Below are positions 63,101 through 64,000 of a stretch of 64,000 nucleotides of DNA, one piece after another (position 1 is the stretch's first letter; every line of letters begins with the position of its first letter). Below the pieces are notes generated by a model. The model was not told the origin of the DNA and ran no database searches. It was given only the letters and a program-made list of their open reading frames with translations. This DNA comes from an uncultured delta proteobacterium (GTDB lineage: Bacteria > Desulfobacterota > Syntrophia > Syntrophales > Fen-1087). Made by a program: the position numbers and the translations under genes. Location of the stretch: the NCBI GenBank assembly GCA_963708515.1, contig CAVPSX010000012.1, positions 341,247 through 405,246 of the forward strand, written 5' to 3'.

Positions 63101-63216
63101 TTCGGATACAGGTCCACGCCGATTGAGGGATAGCTGACAATGCCCAGTACGACCAGCGCGGCGATAAACATCGTTGCAAAAACGGGGCGCTTGATGGAGG
63201 TCTCAGCGAGCCACAT
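60103..63216 (-). CDS. RND efflux transporter permease (AcrB/HAE1 family)
   Basis: 1037 aa with 12 TM segments and two large periplasmic loops, and typical N-terminal (KRPVFATMF) and TM4 (LSVGILIDDAIIVIEN) motifs. Confidence 0.9.
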   Translation of the reverse strand: MWLAETSIKRPVFATMFIAALVVLGIVSYPSIGVDLYPKIDFPIVSIYTQLRGASPEIMDIDVTDKIEEAISTINGVKTITSSSLEGFSSITVEFELERNIDLAAQDVREKVSSIRSKLPTDILEPVIQKVDPDAVPILWVAVTGPQSVRDLSTYTNEILKEQLQRIEGVGALRIAGMRLRQGRIWLDADKLRAYQIAPGDVAQALRLENVEIPGGRIESDTKEYSIKIKGEFQRIQDFNDLIVAYYRGAPVRIRDIGRAEDGMEEKRNLARFNGKPCVSVGIQKQSGSNTVAIIDRVKRELVNIRKTLPPGMDLGIAFDQSTFINRSIDEVKGHLIIGGFFAILAVFLFLRNWRTTLISALALPVSIIATFTIMKAFDFTFNNMSMLALSLSVGILIDDAIIVIENIYRHIEEGMEPREAAAFATSEIGMAVTATTLAIVAIFLPVAFMKGIIGRFFWQFAMTVVFSVMVSLLVSFTLTPMMASILLKQKKREKTDVVPVRFSFLVGIGDALERAYKKTEICLPSYPYFSLGYRKTVLMLALLIFAFSLYITKFIGKEFVPAEDQGQFIVRMEAPMDHSIDQADALFRQGESIVQSFPEANRFFYLQGFGAGGSGQINKAIIFTGLKSKAERNKNQEQLKAEIRQKLNQIPGLKATAEDISLIGGGIRNVPIQYAIRGLDLDVLQNYTRQITTELAKVPGIVDVDTSLEAGKPELKVYVDRNKAADLGVSVGSIADAANILMSGEVDITKYKDEAKGRRYDVRVRLNPEDRVNPDDLGRLYVRARDGRLVELASVIRIQEGGGPSVVYRVDRQRATIVYASLEKKPLAQAMSELDAISAKVLTPGYTARYKGAADTMKESFKYLLFALFLGIVMAYMVLAAQYESFSNPVLVLLSMPLSFIGAFGALLLAGKTISIFSLIGLILLMGLVKKNAILLVDYTNVLRERGLTKREAILQAGPVRLRPILMTTLAMVFGMLPVALGLGEGAETRSPMGIAVIGGLITSLFLTLVVVPSAYDLFDEWIEKFKRFRKGEQTP

Positions 63217-64000
63217 TGACTTTCACCCCTTCCGCGAGGTTGTTCTGTCCTACAACAATCAACTGCTCACCGCCCTTCAAACCCTCAACGATCTCCATGG
63301 ATTCGTCGTATTTCGCGCCGATCCGGATGATCCGCTCCTTCGCCTGGTCACCTTCAACCACAAAGACCTTGACCTTGTTATTCTCATAGAGGAGCGATGT
63401 GATGGGCACTATGACTTTCTCCACCGCATCACCGGTGTAAAGCGTCACACGGGCAAATAGTCCCGGCTTCAGCAGCAGCTGCGGATTCGGCACCAGCGCC
63501 TCCACTTGCAGGGAACGGGTCCTTTCTTCAAGGTTCGGATAAATGACGCTCAATGTGCCTTTGAATTCGCGGTCGGGAAAGGCGTCTACCTTGAATAGGC
63601 ATTCCTGGCCGGTTTTCAGGCGGGCAACATCCCTCTCGGTGACGGTAAAGTTCAGTTTGACCGGATTGTTGAGGGTCAGCTGCAGCAACGGTGTTCCGTT
63701 CCGGATATAGTCGCCGGGTGTGACCTTTTTTTCCTTGACGGCGCCAACCATCGGCGCATGGATCTTCGTTTTGGTCAGCCTCTCCCTGGCCATATCGAGC
63801 GCTGCTTTGGCGCGCTCCACCTCACCCTCGGCCAGCAGTCGCCGCATGACGATGTCATCATACTGCTGACGGCTGACAAGCCCCTCTTTATAAAGCGCAT
63901 CCTTCCGCTCAAATTCAACCTTCAGATTGGCGAGGCTCGCCTCCATTTGACGCATGGCCGCCTCAACCCGGCTCAGTTCCAGGCGATAATCCGTGTCATC
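63203..64000 (-). CDS. RND efflux periplasmic adaptor (membrane fusion protein); 5' end lies beyond the window
   Basis: Coiled-coil hairpin plus beta-barrel motifs (IHAPMVGAV; VDAFPDREFKGTL). The reading frame stays open to position 64000. It overlaps the RND permease start. Confidence 0.85.
   Translation of the reverse strand, partial: DDTDYRLELSRVEAAMRQMEASLANLKVEFERKDALYKEGLVSRQQYDDIVMRRLLAEGEVERAKAALDMARERLTKTKIHAPMVGAVKEKKVTPGDYIRNGTPLLQLTLNNPVKLNFTVTERDVARLKTGQECLFKVDAFPDREFKGTLSVIYPNLEERTRSLQVEALVPNPQLLLKPGLFARVTLYTGDAVEKVIVPITSLLYENNKVKVFVVEGDQAKERIIRIGAKYDESMEIVEGLKGGEQLIVVGQNNLAEGVKVNVAR

Overview
This is a 64-kb bacterial chromosomal window of moderate-to-high GC, densely coding on both strands. 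The gene content (Re-citrate-synthase-like enzyme, membrane pyrophosphatase, sigma-54 activator, multi-PAS kinases, acyl-CoA dehydrogenase) suggests a Deltaproteobacteria/Syntrophales-type anaerobe, but that is inference only. Housekeeping genes recognised from diagnostic motifs are hisS, aspS, rmuC, adk, a UvrD-like helicase, two tandem MtaD-like deaminases, clpB, ispE, tRNA-Gln, prs, rplY, pth, hppA, ychF, an EF-G paralog, an acyl-CoA dehydrogenase and an RND efflux operon. I found no rRNA, no CRISPR array and no intact mobile element, only a truncated IS4-family transposase remnant and two small repeat elements. The most interesting locus is 40.0-49.8 kb. There, a membrane sensor with a degenerate histidine-kinase core is fused to a DEDDh exonuclease, and a cNMP/CBS-gated DUF294 nucleotidyltransferase follows it. 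This pair converges, with zero spacing, on a Yip1 / two-subunit Na+:solute symporter operon that sits downstream of a GAF-GAF sigma-54 activator. Other unusual architectures are a Re-citrate-synthase-like enzyme with a cytoplasmic Cache-like domain, a GH57-glycogen-synthase fusion, and a metallophosphoesterase-nucleotidyltransferase fusion. There is also a DAC-domain protein with non-canonical DGS/RHI motifs and a translationally coupled three-gene cassette of unknown function. Separately, about 12 frameshifts are packed into 31.0-33.9 kb, breaking clpB, ispE and prs. Isolated frameshifts occur in three other genes, and this needs read-level verification. All functional calls rest on motif recognition by eye; no database search was run.
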